A DNA stretch of 63,831 nucleotides, the filler included. It is 6 parts of 6 records of this genome, joined end to end, with 100 filler letters (N's around TTAATTAATTAA, not from the genome) between each part and the next. Parts side by side here need not be neighbours in the genome. Positions count along the whole stretch, not along the records: positions 34,112 to 45,224 come from DRR723986_6198; positions 45,325 to 58,702 come from DRR723986_6201; 4 more parts are not named here. One strand, written 5' to 3'. The notes beneath the pieces are model-generated. The model was not told where the DNA came from. It ran no database searches and saw only the letters and a program-made list of their open reading frames with translations. Both the position numbers and the translations under genes were made by a program. Shown one piece after another: positions 39,073-48,500 of this stretch (position 1 is its first letter; each line of letters opens with the position of its first letter).

Positions 39073-39459
39073 ATGCCTAAGCCTCTCTTGGGAATAATCC
39101 TGGGTATCGTTCTTGGTTTTTTCGATGGGCTCACAGCCTGGCTGCGGCCGGAGCTACGCAACTTTGATGAAATGTTTGGTATCGTGATGGGCTCTTGCTT
39201 CAAAGGCCTGATAGTCGGCCTGATCGTGGGAATAGCCGCACGCAAAATCAAATCACGCCGAACTCTGATGACTCTGGGTTTCAGCGCCGGCCTGGTGTTT
39301 GCCTTTACCGTTGCCCTCCTGATTTACCTGGAAGATGGCCGCGCGTATTGGCTTGACATCATGCTGCCTGGATCGATCGTCGGCATGATTCTGGGCTACG
39401 CCACACAACGTTACGGCAACGCACCACAGGTAACACCCCAGACCGGCCAGGTTGACTGA
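39073..39459 (+). CDS. Small integral membrane protein (~4 TM), unknown function
   Basis: 128-aa Gly-rich hydrophobic ORF downstream of the kinase. Confidence 0.75.
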   Translation: MPKPLLGIILGIVLGFFDGLTAWLRPELRNFDEMFGIVMGSCFKGLIVGLIVGIAARKIKSRRTLMTLGFSAGLVFAFTVALLIYLEDGRAYWLDIMLPGSIVGMILGYATQRYGNAPQVTPQTGQVD

Positions 39460-39532
39460 CCGCCGCCCTGCGTTGCGCAAGCGTCGGGCTAATTCCACGT
39501 GATAAAGCAGACCGAACGAATTTATAGGGCAT

Positions 39533-39565
39533 AAAAAAAGCGGGCTCTACAGAAGTAAAGCCCGC
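39533..39565 (-). terminator. Intrinsic terminator for the ferritin-like gene
   Basis: GCGGGCT...AGCCCGC stem preceded by an A7 run on + (U-tract on -). Confidence 0.65.
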
Positions 39566-39640
39566 GAAGGTTTTTGGCCTGACAGCTGCGTCAGTTTCAT
39601 AACTACAGTTTCATGACTACAGTCTCTTGGCTAGGGTCGC

Positions 39641-40066
39641 TTAAAGCGGCCAGTCACGCAGAATACGCTCAGTTTCTTCGGCGTGGCCACTTTCGTCTTT
39701 GAGGAGGTCTTCCAGCATAATTGCCAGACCTTTGTCACCATATGCAGCGGCTTCGTTGGCACGCTGCTCGTATTGTTTGACGGCTTTTTCCTCAGCTTCC
39801 AGCACAGCCTGCAGCATCTCTTTGTTAGTACCCGCCGGCGGTACTGGCGCAGGAACGGTCGTTGGTTCGCCACCCAGAGCTACAATTTTGTTGGCCAGAA
39901 ATTGTGCGTGGTTGGACTCATCAGTTACTTCCGCCAGGAAAAACTGTGACAGCTGTGGACGGAATGGTCCGGTCGCCTTGGCGGCATATGTGATGTACTG
40001 AATGACCGCAGCCAACTCGTTGGCAAGGTCTTTGTTCAGGTTGTCAATCAATGTTTGCTTATCCAC
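39641..40066 (-). CDS. Ferritin-like (bacterioferritin-related) di-iron protein
   Basis: NE.AAVIQY, DE..HA, KIVALGGEP, E..AV..Y, DE.GH ferroxidase pattern. Confidence 0.88.
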   Translation of the reverse strand: MDKQTLIDNLNKDLANELAAVIQYITYAAKATGPFRPQLSQFFLAEVTDESNHAQFLANKIVALGGEPTTVPAPVPPAGTNKEMLQAVLEAEEKAVKQYEQRANEAAAYGDKGLAIMLEDLLKDESGHAEETERILRDWPL

Positions 40067-40217
40067 ATCTACTCCCGCATTTTCGTATTCAATCGTTCAG
40101 TGAATCTGTTTTGACGAAACAAAAGCAAGCAGATTTTGCTGTGCGCCCTGCCAATTTGATTCCTGGTGCGGGCTAAGTTGCCGGATGTCACCTGCAAAAA
40201 GAGTTGAGGTTCGGCGC

Positions 40218-40913
40218 TTAATACAAATACACAGGACCCTTACAATCATTTACACAAACTGTTCGCGCCTGGATCGTTAGTGTGCGTACCAATTCAGAAA
40301 AGTCAAGCCATTCACTTTTTACACGGAAGGCATCACAGGGCGCCGACACCAGCGTCAGAGTTGTGCCTGCTCCAATCAAAATAAACGGCGGTGCGGTCGA
40401 CTTCTTGGCGCGGGCCGACTGATGCAGGCGCCGGTGGTCGATTCCGTAGACTCGGTAGAGGGCCGTCACTGCAAACTTGAGTTCATGCTCTTCTTTGAAG
40501 TGGAAAATCGTCAAGTCAAAACCGCGCTGGTATTCGTTTCCATCGTGGTCTACAGCCGTTCCGCGGTAGTTGTGCCGTTCAGTTTTTTCGGCTGCCAGCA
40601 GCAGATTTTTCATGCGTTCCGGAATTTCAGAATAACTGGCGGTACTGTCAAAGCGCTCGTAGTGCTCATCCAGCAAAATCGGCATGCGCTCGTGAATCGG
40701 CTTGATTGACTGCCGGGTAGCATCCGGCGCTTCACCCGATGCATCACCCACTGCATCACCTTGTGCCTGCAGTGCCGGAACGGTGGCACACACAACAAGC
40801 GCAGCAACGAACACTGACAGCACCCGGCCGGCAATTGTGCGACTGGTACTGACTTTCCCGAAGGGGAACTTCCCGATTGGAAGCCGACTGTTTTGACGAC
40901 TATTCTCTCTCAT
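40218..40913 (-). CDS. Hypothetical exported protein
   Basis: Long ORF with a signal-like hydrophobic segment; no recognisable family; start uncertain. Confidence 0.55.
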   Translation of the reverse strand: MRENSRQNSRLPIGKFPFGKVSTSRTIAGRVLSVFVAALVVCATVPALQAQGDAVGDASGEAPDATRQSIKPIHERMPILLDEHYERFDSTASYSEIPERMKNLLLAAEKTERHNYRGTAVDHDGNEYQRGFDLTIFHFKEEHELKFAVTALYRVYGIDHRRLHQSARAKKSTAPPFILIGAGTTLTLVSAPCDAFRVKSEWLDFSELVRTLTIQARTVCVNDCKGPVYLY

Positions 40914-41057
40914 TCATCATTCTCCTGCAATCCATGTATAGCCGCAGCGACACCGGGAACGTGCGTGGGTCTCGCAATCAGACGATTTCACGCCAATTGT
41001 CGTTGAAATCTTAGGCTTTGCGCCTCATCCTTGCCGGAAAGGGCTAACTCTTTACCA

Positions 41058-41792
41058 CTACTGATTTTCAGCCGAATTGTTGTAGGCCGCCTCAAACTGC
41101 TGCGCGGTTTCTTCATCACCAACCGAACGTGCATATTCTGCAATCTTTAAGCCCAAAGCCGAATCCGGTCCACCCACCTGATGCGCAAAACCCAAAACTC
41201 CCAGGCTGTAATACGTAAGATCACGCATCTTGACGGTATCACCCTCTTTACCAAAAATTGCGCCAATCTGATAGGCTTCTGTCCCAATTTTATTCAGCGA
41301 CCGCAGCGTTAGCTGGCGCGCCGCTGGAAGATCCACCAGTTCAAGTGATTCGCGAATCTGGCGTTTACCCTGTGGCACCTGCCCCTCGGCTATCAGCGCA
41401 ATTCCCAGCTGGCGGCGGGCCTCAGCCAGTGTACTGTCAATTGCCAACGCGCGCGTAAACCAGGGCATGGCTACTTCATAGTCTGAAGCCATCATATAAC
41501 TAAAACCAACGGCGCTCATGGCTTTGGCGTTCAAAGAGTCGGTTTCAAGCACCTTCATGAACATATTCAGCGCGTCGTAGTTGACCTGATTGGCACTGTC
41601 CAGACGACCTTCCTCATAAAAGCGGCCGGCACGCATCGAAGTCTCAACGGCTTTTTTCATCAGCGCATCACTCTCCGCTGTCGCCCCCGAACCCGAATCG
41701 GAACCCGAATCTCCACAGCTCTGCAAAAGCGCTACACCCACAAAAAGACTGAATAGTATCAGGATTCCACGCCGCATAACTCCGCCGCCCAT
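41058..41792 (-). CDS. TPR-containing lipoprotein
   Basis: Lipobox LQSC; TPR-like helices (RALAIDS..AEARRQLG). Confidence 0.75.
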   Translation of the reverse strand: MGGGVMRRGILILFSLFVGVALLQSCGDSGSDSGSGATAESDALMKKAVETSMRAGRFYEEGRLDSANQVNYDALNMFMKVLETDSLNAKAMSAVGFSYMMASDYEVAMPWFTRALAIDSTLAEARRQLGIALIAEGQVPQGKRQIRESLELVDLPAARQLTLRSLNKIGTEAYQIGAIFGKEGDTVKMRDLTYYSLGVLGFAHQVGGPDSALGLKIAEYARSVGDEETAQQFEAAYNNSAENQ

Positions 41793-41951
41793 AAATGAAG
41801 TGTACTCACAAAAAGTGCATTAAACGCGCTGCAGGTCGGGTGATTGTCCCGCACTTTGCTCAGCGGCTGTCAGCACCAGCCATCGGTCCAGGTTATGAAC
41901 CCCAGGAGCAGATGGATAAGTCAACTCTAAAGTTACGCAGGCCTTGCACAT

Positions 41952-42524
41952 TCAGACAACTGCTGCCCTATGTGCATTCAGGAAATCTACGCGATTGCGT
42001 TCAAACTGCTGTTCCAATGCCCGTGGATTGTATTCGCGTGCAAATCGCGCCTCACTTTCGCTGATCGGCATCATCCACAACATTCTTATGGCAGGCCCAT
42101 GTTCACCTGCAGGCAGCCATTCCAGTTGGGCATCTTCGTGACGCGGCAAAGTCAAAAATCCCTGTGTGCATTCTGAGCCGTCAACCCACGGACGCCCAAA
42201 ATGAACCCTGTGATGCAGATCCAGGCGCACTACATTGTGGTGGTACTGCACCGCCGTTGTCAACAAACTACTCAATTCTCGCAGCGGATCTCGCGACACC
42301 ATAAACAGTTCAAGTGGTCGGTACTGCTCGTTCTGGGACATTCCACATGTGGCGTAGGACCAGACCGAGCGGTCGTCATTTGGTGCAAACTCCAGCACTA
42401 CAAATCCCTCTGGCAGCTGTGCCGGCGTTCCCTGTTCAATATTCAGAACATTCGGCACGGAGCCCCAAAATCTTCGGTAGTGTTCCAAAACTCGCAGCAG
42501 GTGTGTATCACGTCCTTCACTCAT
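41952..42524 (-). CDS. Suppressor-of-fused (SUFU) domain protein
   Basis: VLEFAP, W.YATCGMS, LELF, G.PW..GS.C, LW..PISE.E, LEQ.F pattern. Confidence 0.85.
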   Translation of the reverse strand: MSEGRDTHLLRVLEHYRRFWGSVPNVLNIEQGTPAQLPEGFVVLEFAPNDDRSVWSYATCGMSQNEQYRPLELFMVSRDPLRELSSLLTTAVQYHHNVVRLDLHHRVHFGRPWVDGSECTQGFLTLPRHEDAQLEWLPAGEHGPAIRMLWMMPISESEARFAREYNPRALEQQFERNRVDFLNAHRAAVV

Positions 42525-42915
42525 AATCTTCCTCTCTATTTCTGCCCGCCGCCAGGTTTAACTTGCTTCAGGCGCTATTGTGCTGTTATTTCTGCTACTC
42601 TTTCCTTGTTTCCCTACGTAACTTTCACCTCGGTTACTTCTTTTACAACGTTCTCAAAGGCATTTTTATGTTTGTACCGGGCCGGGCGTTTTAGCATCGG
42701 AGCCCAAAGTCTGTTAGCGTCAGCCCTTCGGCCCTATGTATCAGAAGCCAAAAGCCGGCCGGCGTTTAAGCTCCTTGAGCAGCCCGCCTGAGGACAAACA
42801 TCAGGGTCCAGTGTCGCAGAATTCTGCACTCTGCTCACGCCCTGCCATATCTATCAATAATAAATTCAATGCAAAAGGCAAATTCCTCTAACCACTCCGG
42901 CAGCACACAAATTCC

Positions 42916-44427
42916 ATGCAGACTCAATATATCTACTTGCTGCAGGCACAGATCATATCTGGAATCTCTCGTATCAAAGCACATGATTTCAGCTCAGGTC
43001 TGGCACTTGCTCTCATCCTGTGCATTGGTGTTTTTCAGCCGGGTTGTGATCACTCTGCGGCCGAAAATCCACACCATAAAAAAGCCGCTACAACTTCCGG
43101 CAGCCACCCAAACGCTTTTTATGCACAGACAAACGCCGGCAGCGATGTGGCGGCAAATGCGCTGCAGTCGGCGGCACCCGTCAACTTCGCGGCAGGCATC
43201 CACGTTCTGGCGCGCTCGGCACGCATCAGCGGAGATCGCTGCCTGGATATGCTCGTCGCCTCCGATGGGCATGTGTATCTCTGCGGCTTTGCGAGCACTG
43301 AGGACCTGGCGGATCAGGTTCTGATAGCCTGTTTTGACCCTTCCGGCAAACTGCTCTGGAAACACACTCTCGGCAAAATGCACAATGATCGCGGCGGTAT
43401 TCTGGCTGAAGGGCCACATGAAAAGATTTACTTCAGTGCGACTATGAGTGGAGCCGACGGCCCCACTCCCAATGGACTCGCGCCGGTCGAACAAAGCGGG
43501 GCCTATGTTTATGAAATCGGCCGCAACGGCAGAATGTATCGGGCGCCGCGCGGCCGCCGTTTCCCCTTTGAACGAATCACCAATTTGTCCGTTGGCAGCC
43601 GCGGTGTAGTCATGGCGGGCACACGAGCCATGCAAGGTTCTACCGGCACCGAATTGCACACGGTTCTTGCGCAGTTCGATGCGGAAGGAGAAAGTATTTG
43701 GGAGCACGACCTGGGTAGCAAACTCACGATCCGTGACATGGATCTTTCGTTCTTCGGGACTTTAATGCTCGTCGGTGACATGCACGACACTCTGACGTTC
43801 GGTGGGCAAAAATACGGGCGACCAGATGGCCTTGATAGCGAAGCCTTTATTATGCGGTATTTTGGAGGTACACCGCAGTGGTTCAAGCATTTTGGCTCGA
43901 TCGGCAATTCTCGCCCCGGCTACCGCTCTGCTGATGCAGCTTCCTGGGTCTGTTCCGCTGTAGAAGACTTATACTTCATTTCCGGCTGCCTGGAAGGACC
44001 GTTTGTGCTGAAAGGTGAAACTGTGATTGCCGCCGGTGTCATCCAACCCTTTGTACAGGTACTGGGCAAAGATGGCACGGAACGCGACTTCTGGGTTTTG
44101 CCATATGAACAGAAGCGTGGAGCGATAAACCTCATAGAACAACTACCTGACAGCAGTTTGCATATGGCCCTCTCTTCGGTGATTAATCCACTTGATCAAT
44201 CTGTGCAGGCTATGGTTGTATCGCTCGACTCCAAGGGAAGTGTCATCCGCACATTGGCAGCGGAGGCTGGCCAGCCCATGGCGTGGCGCTCGATAAGTCG
44301 TTATGGAACGCAGCTTCTACTGGCGGGCACGGCGCGCGGTGGCCTGCGGCTTGGCGACTACAGGATTGCACATGAAGATGATCGGCATGTCCTGCACCTC
44401 CTGAGTTTGCCGCTCGACGCAAATTAA
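42916..44427 (+). CDS. Hypothetical exported protein with beta-propeller-like repeats
   Basis: Repeated 'G.VYL.G', 'FD..GK.LW', 'FD.EG..IW' blade-like motifs; N-terminal hydrophobic segment with PGC. Confidence 0.65.
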   Translation: MQTQYIYLLQAQIISGISRIKAHDFSSGLALALILCIGVFQPGCDHSAAENPHHKKAATTSGSHPNAFYAQTNAGSDVAANALQSAAPVNFAAGIHVLARSARISGDRCLDMLVASDGHVYLCGFASTEDLADQVLIACFDPSGKLLWKHTLGKMHNDRGGILAEGPHEKIYFSATMSGADGPTPNGLAPVEQSGAYVYEIGRNGRMYRAPRGRRFPFERITNLSVGSRGVVMAGTRAMQGSTGTELHTVLAQFDAEGESIWEHDLGSKLTIRDMDLSFFGTLMLVGDMHDTLTFGGQKYGRPDGLDSEAFIMRYFGGTPQWFKHFGSIGNSRPGYRSADAASWVCSAVEDLYFISGCLEGPFVLKGETVIAAGVIQPFVQVLGKDGTERDFWVLPYEQKRGAINLIEQLPDSSLHMALSSVINPLDQSVQAMVVSLDSKGSVIRTLAAEAGQPMAWRSISRYGTQLLLAGTARGGLRLGDYRIAHEDDRHVLHLLSLPLDAN

Positions 44428-44660
44428 TCTACTGCAGGTTTCTCGCTCCGGCGCGTCCGCTGCCGTACCTGAGGCTCTGGGTTTTGTGGCTTGGTGGTTG
44501 GAGCGCTGACTAACAAAAGCGGGTTTAAATCACCTCATAATTGCACGTCCAGGTATCGTACCAAGCTGGTTCCGTGACGACTGATTCCACGATTTGTCGG
44601 TTCATTCCAAAAATCGGCCGGTTCGCTCATTTGGGGCTGGCGTAGTCTGGCGCGGACGCC

Positions 44661-45224
44661 CATATTGCGTGCACTTCATGAGTGTGTTGGAATTGTTGGT
44701 AACTCTGAGCCGAAAGAATACTGCCTAGTCTTTCGGCTCAGAGTTTTTTAAAGCCTGGGGTTGTGTCCAGGACTGCAAATTGCCAAGTTGAGTTGTGAGA
44801 TTTGAAGCTTTGGGACTGCCGAAAAGGCACTAGCAGTGAGCCACAGACTCACAGGTGTTGTGGAAAACTCAATCTTTTAGAATTCAGCCGCTTAACAGCA
44901 AAACTCGCCCACTGAATGCTGTTCTAAGCGATTTCAACCGAAACACCTTGAATCCTAAGATCGATTAACACTGGTCCGCCACCCTGAGATTCAGTATCAA
45001 TTTCCAGCTTCAGTTAATCCAAATGTGATCAAGTCAAACCAGCATTGAATCCTGCAATATTTTCAATTTTAACGCGCAGGCACAGTCGTAATTTCGGCAG
45101 CAAGTCGAGTGTGAAAACAGCTTCGCTCCGCAATCCAGACGGTTCATGCAGATGATTGGTCATTCTACAGATCAAAACTTTCAGAGAAGCCATGGCAGAC
45201 GCATATTGTCATCACTTCATGAGT
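44661..45224 (+). repeat. Direct repeat CATATTG-N4-CACTTCATGAGT (two copies)
   Basis: Copies at 44661-44683 and 45202-45224, 19/23 identical; the contig ends exactly at the second copy. Confidence 0.7.
44701..44749 (+). terminator. Strong intrinsic terminator
   Basis: Perfect 17-bp inverted repeat AACTCTGAGCCGAAAGA / TCTTTCGGCTCAGAGTT ending in a T6 run. Confidence 0.8.
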
Positions 45225-45324
45225 NNNNNNNNNNNNNNNNNNNNNNNNNNNNNNNNNNNNNNNNNNNNTTAATTAATTAANNNNNNNNNNNNNNNNNNNN
45301 NNNNNNNNNNNNNNNNNNNNNNNN
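45225..45324. other. Artificial contig-joining spacer
   Basis: N-run + TTAATTAATTAA + N-run. Confidence 0.99.
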
Positions 45325-45443
45325 ATTTTCCCCACTACCTGTGAGCCACAAGCTAACAGCTGGTGGGGATCAGCGAATTACAAACGACTCGATATGCCGC
45401 CTGGCGTCTCCATTCTCAACGCAGAATTATGCGCTTTAAACAC

Positions 45444-45474
45444 AAAACGCCGCCGGAGAAACTCCGGCGGCGTT
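45444..45474 (-). terminator. Intrinsic terminator of sprA
   Basis: AACGCCGCCGGAG-aaa-CTCCGGCGGCGTT, 13-bp stem, 50 bp past the sprA stop. Confidence 0.75.
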
Positions 45475-45524
45475 GTTCTAATTGTGAAATCGATGCCCAA
45501 TGACTTGCCGAACAAACGGACCTA

Positions 45525-48500
45525 TCAGCGGCCACCAGCAATCGAGATGCTCAGCTCCAGCCCAACCTGCGTAACCGTATTACCTGGCGTGGCGGCACCT
45601 TCGTTCAAATTCGCTTCGTAGCGGAAGAAACCACGTGCACGCACTCGTCGGCTGATCGTGTAGCGCGCGCTCGGCTCAATCACAATTTGTGTGTTGCCGT
45701 CCAGTCGGTTGCCGTCTGGATTGTCGATATCGTCAATATCGTACACCGCGCGGGCCGTGTTGCGCCAACTGGCCGTGAACCCAAACTCCACGTCATTTTC
45801 AAGGTTCATCCCGAACAGCGGGAACTCAAATCCTCGCTTGGCATACGACATCTCAAGCGAGAAGTCGTTGGTGTTATCTTCATTAATCGATCTACCTGCC
45901 GAAGAAACCCTGTATGTCGTCCGTGTATTATAGCGCAGCTTCGCCGATAGATTCCCATCCAGCTTTTCCTGATCAAACTGGAAGTTGATCCCAATCAGCG
46001 GCTGGAATGACATATCTATCGATTGCGCCTCAATCTCGCGGCCCTGGTCATTAACCAGAATGTTTTCCTGATACGTTGACTGATAACGGTGTTCCAGACT
46101 CACCCGTCGTGCCAGCCCGCCAAAGAACCAGAAGTCCTCCAGACCTTCCCAGCGGAGTGTCCAATTCAGGCGTGGCAGGATTCGGCGCAGCGGATTCGGC
46201 AGGAATGTAAAACTCTCCATTTCATCCGTGAACGATTCGGCCAGGGCTTGCGCCAGGCGTTCATTGCGCACCAGCGTATCTTGCTCCGCAGCCTCAATAT
46301 CGGCGCGGCGGTTGTTATACTCATCCACCACGTCCCCAACATCAGCGCCAAACAGTCCCAGGCCAAACCAGCGCGGCAGCGTCAGGAAGGTCCGGTTATA
46401 ACTCTCGCGCACCGTCACGTTGCTGAACGTCGGAACACCGTCGCCGTCCGTCGTCACCGTTTGATTGCGGTTTACGCCAAACTGTGAGCGCCAGTTGAGG
46501 TCCAATGTAGCCCTGTCCCACAGCGGTCGTGATGTTCGCAGCTCAATTTCATTCTGCTGCGTAAAGTTATCCTGTAGCGTCGCATTGCCCGGCCGCTTTC
46601 CTGGGAAGGTCTCAAAAGCAATGAATGGAAAGGCCGATGAACTAGTCATCTTAAAACCACCATGCGGATTGCTTATAAGTCCTAACTGATACGCCGCAGA
46701 AGGGCCATTGATATCTTTATCGCCACGGAATAATGGTGCCCCCCACAGGAAGTTGTTCATACCGTTGGCACCCAAAATTCCAGGGTTACGCGCGGTATTA
46801 TTCTGGCGGAAGTTGACTGTTACGTTGTCATAGTCCAGGAAAATCGTCTTAAAGATCAAACCCGCCGTGGTAAACAAACCACCTTCGCCGCTATCCGTTG
46901 TGTCACTCGCCGTCGTATCGCGCGCAGGGTTGTTTCGGCCGCGACCGGTAAAACGCGAACGCGCCGTATTCTCAATTCCCCACCAGTCATCTGCCAGCGA
47001 CTTCAGACGGAAGTTTAAGCCAAAACGGATCGTATTGTTAAACGTTGCGTCTTTGGTAATGTCCTCAATCGAGAGGTCATTCTGTAGCTGGTTATCCCAG
47101 GTGTAATTGGTTGAGAACGAACCCGTCGCCGTCAGAAAACGCTCAATCCCCAAAATCGGCGGAACCGCCGGCTTAAAGTTAAGCGTCACATTTTGGTCGT
47201 AACTGATGTCACGTCCAAGATCCAGGAACTTGCCATCGCTCAGGAACACCTTACTAAAGATGTCGCCGCCACTGCGCTGCTGATTATTCTCATCAACCTC
47301 AAATCCAACTAGAGTCGAAGCCGCGTTGAATGAATAGTCGAGCGTTGTATTTAACAATCCACCTTCAGTTAACTTCCACGAGAGTTGCGCATCTCGATTA
47401 GCCGAAAAACGCCGCACCACAGGACTTGGAATATCCAGGAATCGCGACTGCTCCGTTGTTCGCCCGCGTGACATCGTCAAACCGGTCGAGAAGTTCGACG
47501 GCAGAAGTGAAATCTGGAAGTCTTTATACCAGCCAAGCACCGGAATACCTTCAAAGAAGCTTAGCGGTTTAAGTGTGAAGTTTGGCGGTATTGTAATGTT
47601 GTATTTCGTCGTTAAATCCCACTGCCATTGGCGGCGTTCTGACACCACCGGCGAACGCTCAAAGCGCTGGCTTTGTGAGTACCCAACCGTCACCCTGTTA
47701 AACAGGTCGCGGATATACCAATCGTTGCTCGGCAGGCCCAGCCGCACACCGGTCAGCGCCCAGGAGTCTTCAACAATCACAGTTTCGGATTGCTGGCGCA
47801 CACGTTCACCGGCGCGCTGCGCTTCCTCCACTGTTCCATTTTGGTCCAGCACTGAACGCTCAGCCGCCAATGCAGCTTCCTCCAGATTAAGGTCGGACTG
47901 CGCTACAAACTCAGGGTTTTCCAGACGCTCATTATGCGTCATCGTGAACGGAATTGCGGCTCCACGCCAATCATTTGGCAGGAATTTCTCCAGGCTTGCC
48001 GAAAAGTTAAACGCCCATTCGCGCCGCTGAATGCGATTACCAAATTTCTCTTCCAGTCGGTGGAAGTTTGGATCTACCTGGCGGTAGTTAAACGAAGCAT
48101 TCCCGAAGTCGGAAAGTTTAAGCTGCGAGTTAACAAACCAACTTAGGTCGGCGCGGTCTTCAGCGTTAATCAGGCGCAACTCATTAACCCACATACATGT
48201 ACTGAGTTCGTTGGGCTGGTTACCATCCGGATTGCGAATCCCAAAACCAAAGAGTTGCAAGTTTGTTAATGTCGGATATCCGCGAATAGCGTAAGTCGCC
48301 AGCGGGTCATTCGGTGCAGCAAATTCCTGACGGCGATCCGCCAGGTTTTCGTCGCGCTGCTGTTTAATTCCAGTTAACTCCTGCAGCGGAATATCGACCG
48401 CCGTCCAGCCTTGTGTTAAGGGCCGGCTAAACTCGTAGTAGTTTAGGGAGTCAGTTCCAAAGCGCAGATATGCTTCGGCAGGTGGCGTTGCCCCCGGCGT

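Noticed and set aside
39592..39625. 14-bp tandem repeat CAGTTTCAT(A/G)ACTA, about 2.4 copies
   Set aside because: Too short, no spacers, located in a 3' UTR between convergent genes; probably a slippage duplication
42201..42791. 196-aa plus-strand ORF and a 27-aa minus-strand ORF near SUFU
   Set aside because: The long ORF overlaps SUFU in antisense with implausible composition; the short ORF has no supporting RBS or motif
44810..44860. Possible c-di-GMP or other riboswitch suggested by the GAAA-loop hairpin
   Set aside because: The conserved flanking motifs of known riboswitch classes could not be matched by eye
44661..45224. Possible CRISPR array
   Set aside because: Only two copies, 541 bp apart, with no cas genes; spacing is incompatible with CRISPR
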